Source of the DNA: Octopus bimaculoides
Taxonomy: Eukaryota
NCBI RefSeq assembly: GCF_001194135.2
Contig: NC_068982.1
Span: 1,957,817 to 2,021,816 of the forward strand
Length of the DNA stretch: 64,000 nucleotides
Direction of reading: 5' to 3'
Numbering within the stretch: the first letter of the stretch is position 1; the number at the start of each line of letters is the position of its first letter. Below, piece by piece: positions 26,220-38,222 of this stretch. Position numbers and translations under genes: made by a program. Below the pieces are notes generated by a model that saw only the letters and a list, made by a program, of their open reading frames with translations, was not told the DNA's origin and did no database searches.

Positions 26220-26289
26220 GTGTGTATATATATATATTGACCGGTAACTCCACAAGTTTTTTATTCTCTCTCTGTTTATTTCTCGTGTT

Positions 26290-26420
26290 CGTTTTTGTTG
26301 AAGAGCACAGGCTCAAAATGTTAAAGACTTTCTTACCTTCCCAAGCGTCAAACTAATACACCTTTTGGTTGTTCATACACCTGTTTTCCTCTTTTGTCTT
26401 TCTGTAAATTTCAACTATAT
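26290..26420 (+). mobile_element. Short repeat with a relic hammerhead
   Basis: TTGTTGA-A-GAGC acag GCTC-AAAATGT-T keeps helix II but has a mutated core; followed by CTTTCTTACCTTCCCAAGCGTCAAACTAATA, similar to the tail of the 41.1-kb unit. Confidence 0.45.
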
Positions 26421-26672
26421 ATGTGTGTGTGTGTGTGTGTGTGCAAAACTATTCTATTCTTTTGATGGATGTCATAACTAATTGCAAGAACAAACAAGAA
26501 AAAAAAATATGGAGGCAATAATTGTTTGCATAAAGAAAATTTCTAAAAGAAATGAAAATTTCCACATTCTTTCCGCACATACATTATATGTATTTTATGT
26601 ATGTATGAAAATAAATAGGCAGACGGACACGGATAGATCGATAGATTGATAGATTGATTGATAAATAAATAA

Positions 26673-26810
26673 GTGGCACTCCGTTGGTTGCCCCGTGCGG
26701 AGTTTCCAGTTGATCTGATCAACGGAACAGCCTGTTGTAAATTAATGCGCAAATGGTTGAGCACTCCACAGATGCGTATCCTTCAAGTAGTTCTCGGGGA
26801 GATTTAGCCA
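26673..26810 (-). mobile_element. 3' tail fragment of SINE family E/F
   Basis: GATCAACGGAACAGCCTG..AATTAATGCGCAAATGGTTGAGCACTCCACAG matches 42910-43030 and 34670-34722. Confidence 0.7.
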
Positions 26811-27507
26811 TGGAAAATATATACTATTCTTCTGATGGCTATCTTAACTAATTACAAAAAAAAAAAAAAAAAAGAAGTCGAGTAATTCAAAATAAAGTCT
26901 TCTTTTGATAAGAACATAATTTAAATTCTTATCTCCCATGAACACAAGGCCTTCTGACTATTCACAAATTAATGAATATAATTTTTATTCATTGTTATTA
27001 TTTTGTAAAACAAAAATATCGTTTTGTTGTCAGAGAATATTAATCTATTGCTGTTACTAACATTTCATTTACAACTTAAAATTCGACGACTGATTAATGT
27101 TTGTTTATAGAGGCACACGTCTCCAATTTGCAGAGTTACGGGCGGTTTTAACAAATACTTGGTGTCAACGTATTTTATTGAAGCCTGAATGATGAGTGAC
27201 GAAGTTTATCTCGATAGAATCAAAAATCAGAGTCTAGAAACATGTAAATAAAAATCACCCAGAGAAAGAAAGAAAAAAAAAAAAAGAGAAAATAATGGAA
27301 CAGCTGGCAATTGTCGCAAATATAATCATCATCTCTATGGATTTGCCCCAAATGAGAAAACATTTCACATGTTTTTAATGTTGTTACCCTCCGTACTTTG
27401 TCCACATCTGGTCATCGATGAACGTACATAATTCAATGATTTAACTAAACTTATATCTGCTTATTTATATTTTTTATTTAGATTGTTTTTTATGGGAGTA
27501 TACAAGC

Positions 27508-27666
27508 GCGAGCATAGCTGGGTGGTAAGAAGTTTGCTTCCCAACCACATGGGTTTCAGGTCCAGTCCCAGCTTCTACTATAGTCTCGGGCCGACCAAAG
27601 CCTTGTGAGTGGATTTGGTAGACGGAAACTGAAAGAAGCCCATCCTATATATATATATATATATAT
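27508..27666 (+). mobile_element. SINE B module running into (TA)n and a gap
   Basis: GGTAAGAAGTTTGCTTCCCAACCACATGG..CGGGCCGACCAAAGCCTTGTGAGTGGATTTGGTAGACGGAAACTGAAAGAAGCCC. Confidence 0.85.
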
Positions 27667-28249
27667 NNNNNNNNNNNNNNNNNNNNNNNNNNNNNNNNNN
27701 NNNNNNNNNNNNNNNNNNNNNNNNNNNNNNNNNNNNNNNNNNNNNNNNNNNNNNNNNNNNNNNNNNNNNNNNNNNNNNNNNNNNNNNNNNNNNNNNNNNN
27801 NNNNNNNNNNNNNNNNNNNNNNNNNNNNNNNNNNNNNNNNNNNNNNNNNNNNNNNNNNNNNNNNNNNNNNNNNNNNNNNNNNNNNNNNNNNNNNNNNNNN
27901 NNNNNNNNNNNNNNNNNNNNNNNNNNNNNNNNNNNNNNNNNNNNNNNNNNNNNNNNNNNNNNNNNNNNNNNNGATACATTTTGACTCAGTTACTCGTGTG
28001 ACAAATCCCGAAAGATTACATGGGACCCATTTGTTTCTATCTTCCTTAACTTTCAGACCCTTTCATAGCCAGTCCCCTGCATTTGTACAACGAACAAGGC
28101 GCACCGGACTCTTCTTCTTCTTCTTCTCTCTTGCCCCGCCGCCGCCACCTGCAACTTGGAACGAATTTTTAGTCCCATTTATACTGCGAACACGACGGCC
28201 ATTTACGCCTGGTATCACCATAGCCGTTGATGCCAGCCAAACTCTACTG

Positions 28250-28377
28250 CTACTACTACAGTCACATCCACAGTACCTACATACTACCACCACTGCTACT
28301 ACTACAAGCATTACTGCTGCTACTACTGCTGTAGCAGTCACAACCACAGCAGCTATATACCACCTTCACTACTACTA

Positions 28378-28408
<31 letters not shown>

Positions 28409-28500
28409 CACTACTGCTTCAGCAGCTACGTGCCACCGCTAACACGACCACCAATACTACTACTACCATTATCATTACTACTGTTGCTGCTGCTGCAGCT
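28250..28500. repeat. Mixed (CTA)/(CTG)/(CCA) trinucleotide low-complexity tract
   Basis: Direct inspection; it explains the poly-T/Y/C/L runs in the ORF track. Confidence 0.85.
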
Positions 28501-29154
28501 TTCGTGTCTTCCTGGGTGGGAAATATATCCGCTCGCGCACGGCCAGCTGTTATGTTTTGCAACATTTTGCATGCAAATAGGTTTCAACATGCACACATAC
28601 AAACATCCATGCATATACGCATGTGTGTGTGTGTGTGTGTGTCTGTGTGTGCATAAATATACGCATGAATACAAAATCTACCGCACCCACATCATGTCTG
28701 ATACAAACATTAAACTTACGAACGTTACACATCCGACAAATCTGCTGCCATGGGATTTGGTTGTATCTCTGCACTTGAAACTCTAACCTCTATTAACCTG
28801 TTGCTTCTGCCTTTGTAGCAGCTGTTGCTGCTGTCACTGCTGCTGTTGCAATTGTCTCCGCTGTCCTTGATGCTGCTGCTGCTGTTTTCGCTTCCATTTC
28901 ACCAGACCTGACAGTCCCTCCATTTGTTTCTTCTCTTCATTCATTTAAATCTTCTTATATCTGACACAATTAGAAACACATTCTTCTTCTTCTTCTGATG
29001 TTATGCTGATTGTTTATATCAGCGTTTCGCCACCCCTTTTCGGCACATGGAACCCTTCCATTCTTATTTTACTCTACCGGATCCTCAGAGCCATTCCACG
29101 TTTAAATAAAATCCTAATTATATTTTTATGATTAAATATTATTAGATTCTTTTT

Positions 29155-29465
29155 TCTTTTAGTTATTTCATTCATTTGACTGCAGCCATGCTGGAGCACC
29201 GCCTTTAGTCGAACAAATCGACCTCAGGATTTATTCTTTGTAAGCCTAGTACTTACGGGGACGTAAACACACCAACATCGTTTGCAAAGCGATGGTGGGG
29301 GAGGACAAGCAAAAACACACAAATATATATATATATATACGATGGGCTTCTTTCAGTATCCGTCAACAAAATCCACTCCCAAGGCTATAGTAGAAGACAC
29401 TCGCTCAAGGTGCCACGCAGTGGGACTGAACCCGGAGCCATGTGGTTGGGAAGCAAGCTTCTTTA
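29155..29465 (-). mobile_element. Composite SINE (B, (TA)n, C)
   Basis: C module 29161-29310, (TA)n, then B module 29340-29462 (GGTGCCACGCAGTGGGACTGAACCCGGAGCCATGTGGTTGGGAAGCAAGC). Confidence 0.85.
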
Positions 29466-31404
29466 TAAAATATATGTAGAAGTATAACCAAGTTTATTGC
29501 ACATAAATTTTAATAAAATCTTTTATAATCCCCCCTCACACCCCACCAGGGATCATATGGACCCCAGGTGGGACCCAATGATTACTGTTGGTATTCTTTG
29601 CGTCATTGCATTTAGCGGTTGTTGATCCTTCTCTTCTTATACTTCGATCTTTTTCTTCTCACTTTTCTTTCTCCTTCTCACTCCCCATTAGTAGCAGAAC
29701 TACTACTATTACCTACCGTAATAGTAGTAGTAGTAGTAGTTTGAATTGCTGTCATTAGAGTTGCACATCTTACATGTAATTGCCCGTTGTGAACAAAACG
29801 TTCGTATTCTTGTGTTTTGAGGGATCGGTAGTTTCATTTTTTGTTTTGTTTTACTTCTTTTAGTCATTGAATTGCAGCCGTCCTGCGAAAACACCTTCAA
29901 ATGTTTTATTCTACTCGATGAAACCCAGTGCTTATGCTTTGCTAAAAACTTGTGCTTACTGTTAAAACCTCAATTTTAAAGAATTAGTCGAACGATATCT
30001 CTTTTTAAGTGGAGTCAGCATACGGAATAAGACGGAGGTTAACGTATACAAACACACATATTTTGACACATGCATATGTATATGACTGCAGGTTTGTGCG
30101 ATTATATAGATGTGAATATATATACATACATATATACTTGTATTTATATATGTGTGTGTCTATATACATGCATATTTAAATACACAGACAAAAATATATA
30201 TTCGCACGTGTGTTTACAACAGACTTTCGCAATGTTTCCCTCGATCAGTTTCAATCAGAAGGTTTTGGCAACTTCGAGGCTACAAGGCATAGGGCCAACA
30301 TGGCGCAGATTCGGACGGAAGTCGAAAGCACGTGAGAACATTTTAACTACACACACTTTCCTATTAAGAACACCACATAGAATACTAGCACAGAAATATA
30401 TAAACCCCTCCATTAAATATCGAAATTAAAGTCAACCTTCAGTCTCGGTACCGTGCAATTAGCCTGATATCTTTGTTTAACTTATATTCTTTGAATTCCC
30501 ATTTGCGACTGCTAAAGACAATGGATAGCTGTCTCTAAAAGAGAAGTGCAGAGTGACAGAGAGAAAGAAAACAAATATCACCTTCAGTACTTGACTGGTA
30601 TCATATTTATCGATACCAAAAGACAGCAAACGTAAAATTCCTCTTGACAGAATTTGAATTTAGGGAGCTTGTAGCCATGGCCACTATTTAAAGTCATTCT
30701 ATCCAACAATTTGCCAGTCTAAAGCCTTAATTCCACGGGGAGTTTCGCTCTCTGTTTTTCAAAATAAATAAACGACATATTGGTTTATGTGATCCCCGAT
30801 ATACTTCAACTAAATAACAAAGGAGAAGGTTACAGTTTTAATAGCTTTGTGAATAAGTCTGCTCTAATGTGTTAACCTAGAATGGCAAAATGTCACCATT
30901 CTATTTTGGAGGACTTTATTCTTTTTTAAGTAATATGAAATGGTCGCTGTAAAACAGTTCAATTTTATGTTTGAGTCATCATTGACACCAAGTTCTCTCA
31001 TCACCAAATGAATATGTCTACTTGATTGAAAGAAACTCAACAACGATGATGAACATTATGTTAGCGACGCTACTGGGTTGCTTTGTGCTTCCACTAATTG
31101 CTTCCTACAATCTACTGATGTATAATTAAGTTTTAAGCTAATTTATTTTAACTGAACTCTTTCTTTATTAGTAAAGTAATCTGAATTTAGAAACGGTAGT
31201 AGTAGTGGTAGTGGTAATGGTCGTGGTGGGACGTGACACTAGTATTGGTAAGAGTAGTGTTCTTTTAGCTGTTTCAGAGTAATTAAGTCATGAACGTTTC
31301 TTTTTAAAAAGATTTCTTCCAAACCTTATCAATGCTACTTTCTTTGGGTTTCTATCGAATCTCTAAGAATGTTTTTTTTTCATGACCTTCTATCGATGAT
31401 TTCA

Positions 31405-31815
31405 ATGAGAAGAACTGGGCAAGTCGTAAGAGCATTGGTTAAGATGCCTGGCAGTATTTTAGATCAGCTTTCTTTTTACGTTAGGTATTCAAATCCCACC
31501 AAAATCAACCTTGTCTTTTTAACCCTCTGTGCTCAATTAAGCAAAGTAGCATTGAAAAACTTTTATTGATATTCTACTGTCCCTCAAAAAGTCAATATCA
31601 GAAGTGGTTATTAATGGCGATCGGTTGGCAGAAACGACATCGTGGGATGAATAACTTGTAATATTTGTTTACGACTTGACTTAAAATCCTGCGGGTCTCA
31701 ATTTTGACTTTCATCTTTCTAGGATCAACAAATCTTTGTGCTTCGTCAACGTAATCGATTAACTCCTCCTCCTCTAAATATCTGCTGACCTTGTGCCTAA
31801 ACTATAAACAATTAT
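31405..31815 (+). mobile_element. Two tandem decayed SINE family A copies (~31405-31545 and ~31615-31815)
   Basis: ATTCAAATCCCACCAAAATCAACCTTG; GGCGATCGGTTGGCAGAAAC..GTAATCGATTAACTCCTCC..GACCTTGTGCCTAAA. Confidence 0.55.
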
Positions 31816-32326
31816 TTCTATTCAGACGGTGGGAGGATAATAAACTGAGAGAGTATCGTACAAAAAATATATTTTTTATTATTCAAATGGCGGGAGGATG
31901 TTAAATTGACAGAGCATCACACAGCATACCTTTTGGTTACATTTCTTTATACCAAGAATTCAAAGTCAACTTGTTTCATTTTGGTTATTCTTCCTTTAAG
32001 GATTGTCGTAAGAAGTATCAGTCAATTTAGATATCAGCAGCATTTTTGTCACGTTTTTTACACAACGCAATCAACGGCAGGATTGAAAGCATGTCGGAAG
32101 GGTATGTGTAGTTAAATTCCTTGAGAATTACTATTTGTATTCCCTTCTTCCACGCTTGATAAAGTGCTAATAAAAAGTGAGATCGATTAAATCCATCAAC
32201 TCATATTTGTAATCTCGTTCCAAATCTCGTTCTAAATGTAAGCCCGGTCAAGTTAGGAACAATCAGCCCATAGCCAAAAATAATAGAATGTCTAATGTAA
32301 TGACTTGCAATATGTACTCAGTTTAT

Positions 32327-32462
32327 TTCCGCCGAGGTCGACTATGATTTTCATTCTTTTGGGGTCGATAAAATAAGTACCAGTTGAGTACGAAGGTCGA
32401 TGTAACCGACTTAACCCTTTCCCGAAATTGCTGGCCTTGTGCCAAAAATTGGAAACCAGTAT
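32327..32462 (+). mobile_element. SINE family A, 3' half
   Basis: TTCCGCCGAGGTCGAC..GGGGTCGATAAAATAAGTACCAGTTGAGTAC..GCTGGCCTTGTGCCAAAAATTGGAAACC. Confidence 0.85.
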
Positions 32463-32737
32463 GTGGTCAATTTATATAACATCTAAATTTAAATACCATC
32501 GAAGTCCAATGTACTGAGGGTCATCCTTTTCAAACCTTGTTTTTCAACGAGCCTTATTATTATTATTGGAATTGATTCAGGTTTGGTCTTATTCCTGATC
32601 GAATTTGTGTGGGTAGAAGGTTACTACCTATGACTTTAGATATCCATAAGTTTCAAAAATTGTTCAAGCGCTCAAAACCCTCCTGATAATCTTTCCTGTT
32701 CTTAAGAGGTAAATTGTCTGTAGAAGCTCAATAGGAC

Positions 32738-33135
32738 AATATTATTATTATTATTATTATTATTATGAAAGACAATCAGATAGTTCTTAATTACCGGTTA
32801 TTCTTTACTTGCAAGCAGACACAAACAAATCACCAAAGGTTCCAAGTAGCGCCTTCTCCTGCGACTCAAAGAGACAATTCTCTCCTTAGAATGCGAGCTG
32901 TACCCAACAATGCTGTCTTCTGGATCACCTCGAGCCTGAAAACAGATCCAATATTCTTGATATGTTTTTCAAAATCATTGGAAACCGCTCCTAATTCTCC
33001 AATTACCACCGGTATCAACTTTGATTTCCTCATGCTCCATAACTTTACTATCTCGTCTCGAAGTGGCTGGTATTTCCCATTCTCTTCTGTTTCCTTACAT
33101 TTCCCACTCGAATCCCCTATTATTATTATTATAGA
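32738..33135 (-). mobile_element. R4/Dong-like LINE 3' fragment (copy 3) embedded in (TAA)n
   Basis: GKYQPLRDEIVKLWSMRKSKLIPVVIGELGAVSNDFEKHIKNIG..IQKTALLGTARILRRELSL* (stop at 32866), ~100-nt 3'UTR, and (AAT)n at both ends. Confidence 0.85.
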
Positions 33136-34060
33136 AAGAATGATAGTATAAAACGCGTTACGTTCTGATCTCACAAACTGCCGAGGCTGAATTTATCTGT
33201 CAACGGTAGAGATTCGATGAAAGTAAGAGTCAAAAAATGGCACTAACTAAAGCCATAAAGAAGCAACTTTTGAGAAACGGCGGCCTTTCAATGAATTTAG
33301 AAATTAAGAATATTGAACGCAAAACCGTTGCGTAAAATATTTGCTATCGCGGTTCTGACGTCGGGACATAGCTTGAGTAATTGAGTGAAAACACTCACCT
33401 CACTTTACTCTGAGCTACATATCAGCGTTCTCTCAGCAATGAAGTACAGCCCTGAATCTAAATGCCTAAATCTTCCCACTCCGCCATTACAAATCTTTTT
33501 AACTGTTCACTTTCCACCAATTGACCGCCTTATTCAACATTAGTCGCATCAATCATCCTGAATTATTCACCTTCAAACTAAACTCTTATACTAACTGGGA
33601 TTTAATTTCTATTGCAAAAGAGGGAATGATGAATTTTCTTTCGAAATAATTTGTCTTCGCGATGATAATCTCATTAATCATTGTTGTACTAATCATAATT
33701 AATTTAAGTTGCTTCATTCGTCTTTAGTTGTGATAAAATCATTGTCAGTAGCCTCGAATTGCGGTCGCTTCTTCTTCTTCTTCTTCTTCTTCGTAAGGTT
33801 CGCATTCGAATATTAGTTGGATGTGAACGAGTTCTGCGGAGGCTGATTTGTCACAGGAGTCTCCAGTGAAGTCCCCACGCTTAAAGTCTTCTAAACTCAA
33901 CTACAATAAAAGATTACTAAAACTAGTGTGTATCCGAACCGTCATCCAATACACACACACACACCACAGATACACACATCTATCTATCTATCTATTTATC
34001 ATATATATATATACATACATACACACACACAGAGTCATATATTCATATATAAGGTGCATG

Positions 34061-34350
34061 GATCAGTGGTTAGAATTTCGGGCTTACAATCATCAGGTCG
34101 GGAGTTCGATTCCCGGACCGCTTAAGCAAGACACTTTATTTCACGTTGCTCCAGTTCACTCAGCTGTAGAAATGAGTTGCGATGTCACTGGTGACAAGCT
34201 GTATTGGCCCCTTTACCTTTCCCTTGCACAACAGCAGTGGCATGAAGAAAGGAGGCTGATATGCATGGGCGACTGTTGGTCTTCCATAAACAAACTTGCT
34301 GGGACTTGTGCTTCGGAGGAGAAATTTCTAGGTGCATCCCATGGTCATTG
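34061..34350 (+). mobile_element. tRNA-derived SINE family E (Meta-domain-like core)
   Basis: A box CAGTGGTTAGA, B box GAGTTCGATTCC, then AAGCAAGACACTTTATTTCACGTTGCTCCAGTTCACTCAGCTGTAGAAATGAGT. Confidence 0.75.
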
Positions 34351-34360
34351 ATAATATATA

Positions 34361-34395
<35 letters not shown>

Positions 34396-34441
34396 NNNNN
34401 NNNNNTGCGCACACACACGCACACGCACGCGCGCGCGCGTG

Positions 34442-34722
34442 CGTAGAGGCGCAATGGCTCATTGGTTAGGGCAGCAGCATCGCGGTTTCGAATCCTACAC
34501 CGGGTGTTTTGAGTGTCTATTGAGCGAAAACATCTTAAGCCCCACGAAGCTCCAGCAGGGGCTGGTGGCGAACCCTGTTCTACTCTTTCTTCCTGATTTT
34601 GCTGTACTTGTATTTCAAAGGGCCAGCTTTGTTACAATGTGTTACGCTGAATCTCCCTAAGAACTACGTTAAGTGTACTCGTGTCTGTGGAGTGCTCAGC
34701 CACTTGCACGTTAATTTCACGA
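34442..34722 (+). mobile_element. tRNA-derived SINE family F (own head, tail shared with family E copy at 42.9 kb)
   Basis: Head GTAGAGGCGCAATGGCTCATTGGTTAGGGCAGC, B box GGTTTCGAATCC, tail GTATTTCAAAGGGCCAGC..GTGGAGTGCTCAGCCACTTGCACGTTAATTTCACGA. Confidence 0.75.
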
Positions 34723-34934
34723 TACATATACGCATACAATAGTGTCACACACACGCGCACTATCACACACAAGCTAAACGCGTCCAGTAGCTTCATATAC
34801 ATACGTATTTGCCCTCAGGCACACACGTACACGTGCATCCAAAGGCACACATATTCACGCACACATCAGCTTCATATACACACACACACACACACGTGTA
34901 CAAAGCCGCTTCGTAACAGGTGATAAATCAATTA

Positions 34935-35167
34935 CATTACTGGCACTTATTTTATTTATTTTTATTTTATTTGTTATTGCCCATAGGGGGCTAAACATAG
35001 AGGGGACAAACAAGGACTGACAAAGAGATTAAGTCGATTACATCGACCCCAGTGCAAGAGGAAAGGAAAAGTTAACCGCGGCGGAATTTGAACTTAGAAC
35101 GTAACGGCAGCGAAATACCACTAAGCATTTCGCCCGGCGTGTTGACGATTCTGCCAGCTTGCTGCCC
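34935..35167 (-). mobile_element. SINE family A (with rearranged 3' part)
   Basis: GCGGAATTTGAACTTAGAACGTAA..GCATTTCGCCCGGCGTGTTGACGATTCTGCCAGCTTGCTGCC on +. Confidence 0.8.
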
Positions 35168-35179
35168 TATTTTTTATTC

Positions 35180-35364
35180 TTTTTAAGGAGTGAGAGAAAA
35201 TTGTGGCGAAAGTGTCAGCAGAAGTTCGCCATTATCTTCTGCTGGAGCCGCGTGGAGCTTCGGTGTTTCACTTATAAACACACACATCGCCCGGTCTGAG
35301 ATTCAAACCCGCAATCCCTCGACTGCGAGTCGGCTGCTCTAACCACTAAGCCATGTGCCTCCAC
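35180..35364 (-). mobile_element. SINE family F 5' half
   Basis: Minus strand GTGGAGGCACATGGCTTAGTGGTTAGAGCAGCCGACTCGCAGTCGAGGGATTGCGGGTTTGAATCTCAGACCGGG. Confidence 0.8.
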
Positions 35365-35506
35365 TGGCACTTATTTTATTGACCGCAAAAGGATGAAAGG
35401 CAAAGTCGATCTCGGCGGACTTTGAACTCAAAACAAAAAGACAGACGAAATACTGCTAAGCATTTTACCCGGCGTGCGAACGATTCTGCCAGCTCGCCCG
35501 CTGCCC
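35363..35506 (-). mobile_element. SINE family A 5' half
   Basis: GGATGAAAGGCAAAGTCGATCTCGGCGGACTTTGAACTC..GATTCTGCCAGCTCGCC on +. Confidence 0.85.
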
Positions 35507-37709
35507 TTAAGAAGAGAAAACATGACGATGACAAAAATGTGCCATTGGGATGAAGGAGAAAGGGGGAGCCATAGCGACAGGAGAAGAACAACACTAATAA
35601 TTCATTCTTTTATTGGCCACAAGGTCTTACATAGAACAACGTAGAAAGACATATCAGGACGATACAACAAGTTTTTAAAATGTGTAAACAAAAATAATAA
35701 AAATTAAGAGCAGCACTAATAGTAAAAATAATAATAGAAATAAATAACAAAATCAGTATCAGTAACGACAGCAATAGTATGAACAGTAACATTAGCAGCA
35801 GCAGCAGCAACATCAGCAGTGGTAGCAGCAGTAGTAACTATTTGTGTTCTTGTCTCCAACTGCTGTCCATTCAATTATGTACCTCAATAATTCAGGCTGA
35901 AGGATAGTGAAACAATATCTCCACTAGCAATGCATTCAACAAAACATCTGACACAGACGTTTTGTATTTGGGTGAAGTTCTTTTCTCTTTGTTTTCTTTA
36001 TTTTATATTTCTCTTTACAATTATTATTATTTCTCTGTCATGGAGAAATAATAATAACTGCCATTAGTATTAATTTATTTATTACAACATACAAACAGAT
36101 TTTGTGTAGAAGCTGGAATATGTGGGCAATAAAACTCTACCCTTTGGGTTCAGTGTAATCCTGAAATGGAAAGCAAATAAGCAATTTTTATCCTTTGTCT
36201 GTGTGCAAATATATGTATATGTATAGGAACAGTCGTATGTATATTTATGCGTCTATTGACGCATCTGAATATGCGTCTGTTTGTCAACCTAATAGGCGTT
36301 CGCCTTTACTAACTTTTTTTTTTTCCAGTCGTACAGCCAACATGGCGGCATTAGCAATAGTAGCTTTTAATGGCCGGTCGGTTCTGTCGTTGTTTGTCCT
36401 GAACGAATACTTGAGAAAGAAGGCGATAGATAGATAGATAGATAGATATAGAGAAAAGGGGCAATGCGTGAAGAGTGAACTGAAAACAAATAAGAAATTA
36501 GAATGAGTAAATGAACAAAAAATATGAAAATAATTAGAAGAAATCGGAGAAAATGAGAGAGAATTATAGAAACTTGATAATGCATTGTAGAATGCCTATT
36601 TGTTTCATGATAATGTTCCAGTTGTAAGACATATAATAAATCTGTCAAAGAGATTGTTGTCACGATAGATAGCGATCATGGTTACAGCATTGTCTTCTTT
36701 TTTCTTTTCGTAATACAACCATTATTTCTCACTTCGTTTATTTAAGGGAAAAGGAACTTCGTTCAAAGAACGAACGCACACAGAGTAGCATACATGCATA
36801 CACACACATAAATATATATATGTATGTGTGCATGTTTTGTGCGTGCGTGCGTGCGTGTGTGTGTGTTGTGGGGGCAGTTAATAAGTTTTTGCTCAGCAAA
36901 GACTTTGGCTCAGGTTCCTTAGTGCCTTGCGATTGAAATTGGTAGACAGAATCTATGAAACCACGTGGTGCGTGAGCGTACGTGTTTATGTATGTTTGCG
37001 TGTATATATATATATATATATATATATATCCATACATATTTAGAGAGAGAGANNNNNNNNNNNNNNNNNNNNNNNNNNNNNNNNNNNNNNNNNNNNNNNN
37101 NNNNNNNNNNNNNNNNNNNNNNNNNNNNNNNNNNNNNNNNNNNNNNNNNNNNNNNNNNNNNNNNNNNNNNNNNNNNNNNNNNNNNNNNNNNNNNNNNNNN
37201 NNNNNNNNNNNNNNNNNNNNNNNNNNNNNNNNNNNNNNNNNNNNNNNNNNNNNNNNNNNNNNNNNNNNNNNNNNNNNNNNNNNNNNNNNNNNNNNNNNNN
37301 NNNNNNNNNNNNNNNNNNNNNNNNNNNNNNNNNNNNNNNNNNNNNNNNNNNNNNNNNNNNNNNNNNNNNNNNNNNNNNNNNNNNNNNNNNNNNNNNNNNN
37401 NNNNNNNNNNNNNNNNNNNNNNNNNNNNNNNNNNNNNNNNNNNNNNNNNNNNNNNNNNNNNNNNNNNNNNNNNNNNNNNNNNNNNNNNNNNNNNNNNNNN
37501 NNNNNNNNNNNNNNNNNNNNNNNNNNNNNNNNNNNNNNNNNNNNNNNNNNNNNNNNNNNNNNNNNNNNNNNNNNNNNNNNNNNNNNNNNNNNNNNNNNNN
37601 NNNNNNNNNNNNNNNNNNNNNNNNNNNNNNNNNNNNNNNNNNNNNNNNNNNNNNNNNNNNNNNNNNNNNNNNNNNNNNNNNNNNNNNNNNNNNNNNNNNN
37701 NNNNNNNNN

Positions 37710-38222
37710 ATGTTTTCCAAAGCTCTTGGAAACTGCCCCCAATGCTTCCGCTATCACCATTACTGCCCCATGTCCCATAACCTTCCTATCTCATCCTGCG
37801 CTGGCTGATATTTCTCACTCTTTTCTCTTTCCTTACATTTCACTCTCGAATCACACTGTATTGCAACATCTATGAGCTTTACTTCTTTTTCATCCTTATG
37901 GATGATCACGATATCTGGCCGCCTCGCCTCTATGACTTGGACGCACTGCATGTTAAAATCACAGAGTATTGTGTAATGTTTGCTTTCCATTATTCCCTCT
38001 GTCTTGTGTTCATACCATTGTTTGTCTCTCTCGAGGTTTGCTTTACCGCACAACAGCCAGTGGACATATCTGGCCACATTGTCGTGTCTCCTTTTCTATT
38101 CGCGTTGTGCGGCGAGCTTACAGCAGTCACTAACACTATGACTAATACTATCCTACTTCTCAGAGCACATCATATATTGTGGCGAATCAGTGCTTTTATC
38201 AATGTGATATGTTGAGTATTTT
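37710..38222 (-). mobile_element. R4/Dong-like LINE fragment (copy 4): zinc knuckle plus RLE domain
   Basis: IDKSTDSPQYMMCSEK*DSISHSVSDC (decayed CCHC), KRRHDNVARYVHWLLC, RRPDIVII..LIDVAI (PD..D catalytic motif), EKYQPAQDEIGRLW. Begins right after (AAT)n at 38224-38233; the 3' end is lost in a gap. Confidence 0.85.

Noticed and set aside
27605-28786. 393-aa ORF
   Set aside because: Composed of SINE, gap and trinucleotide repeats.
30293-30325. CCAACATGGCG plus CGGAAGT (YY1/ETS-like promoter motifs)
   Set aside because: Short motifs expected by chance, with no CpG island or downstream exon support.
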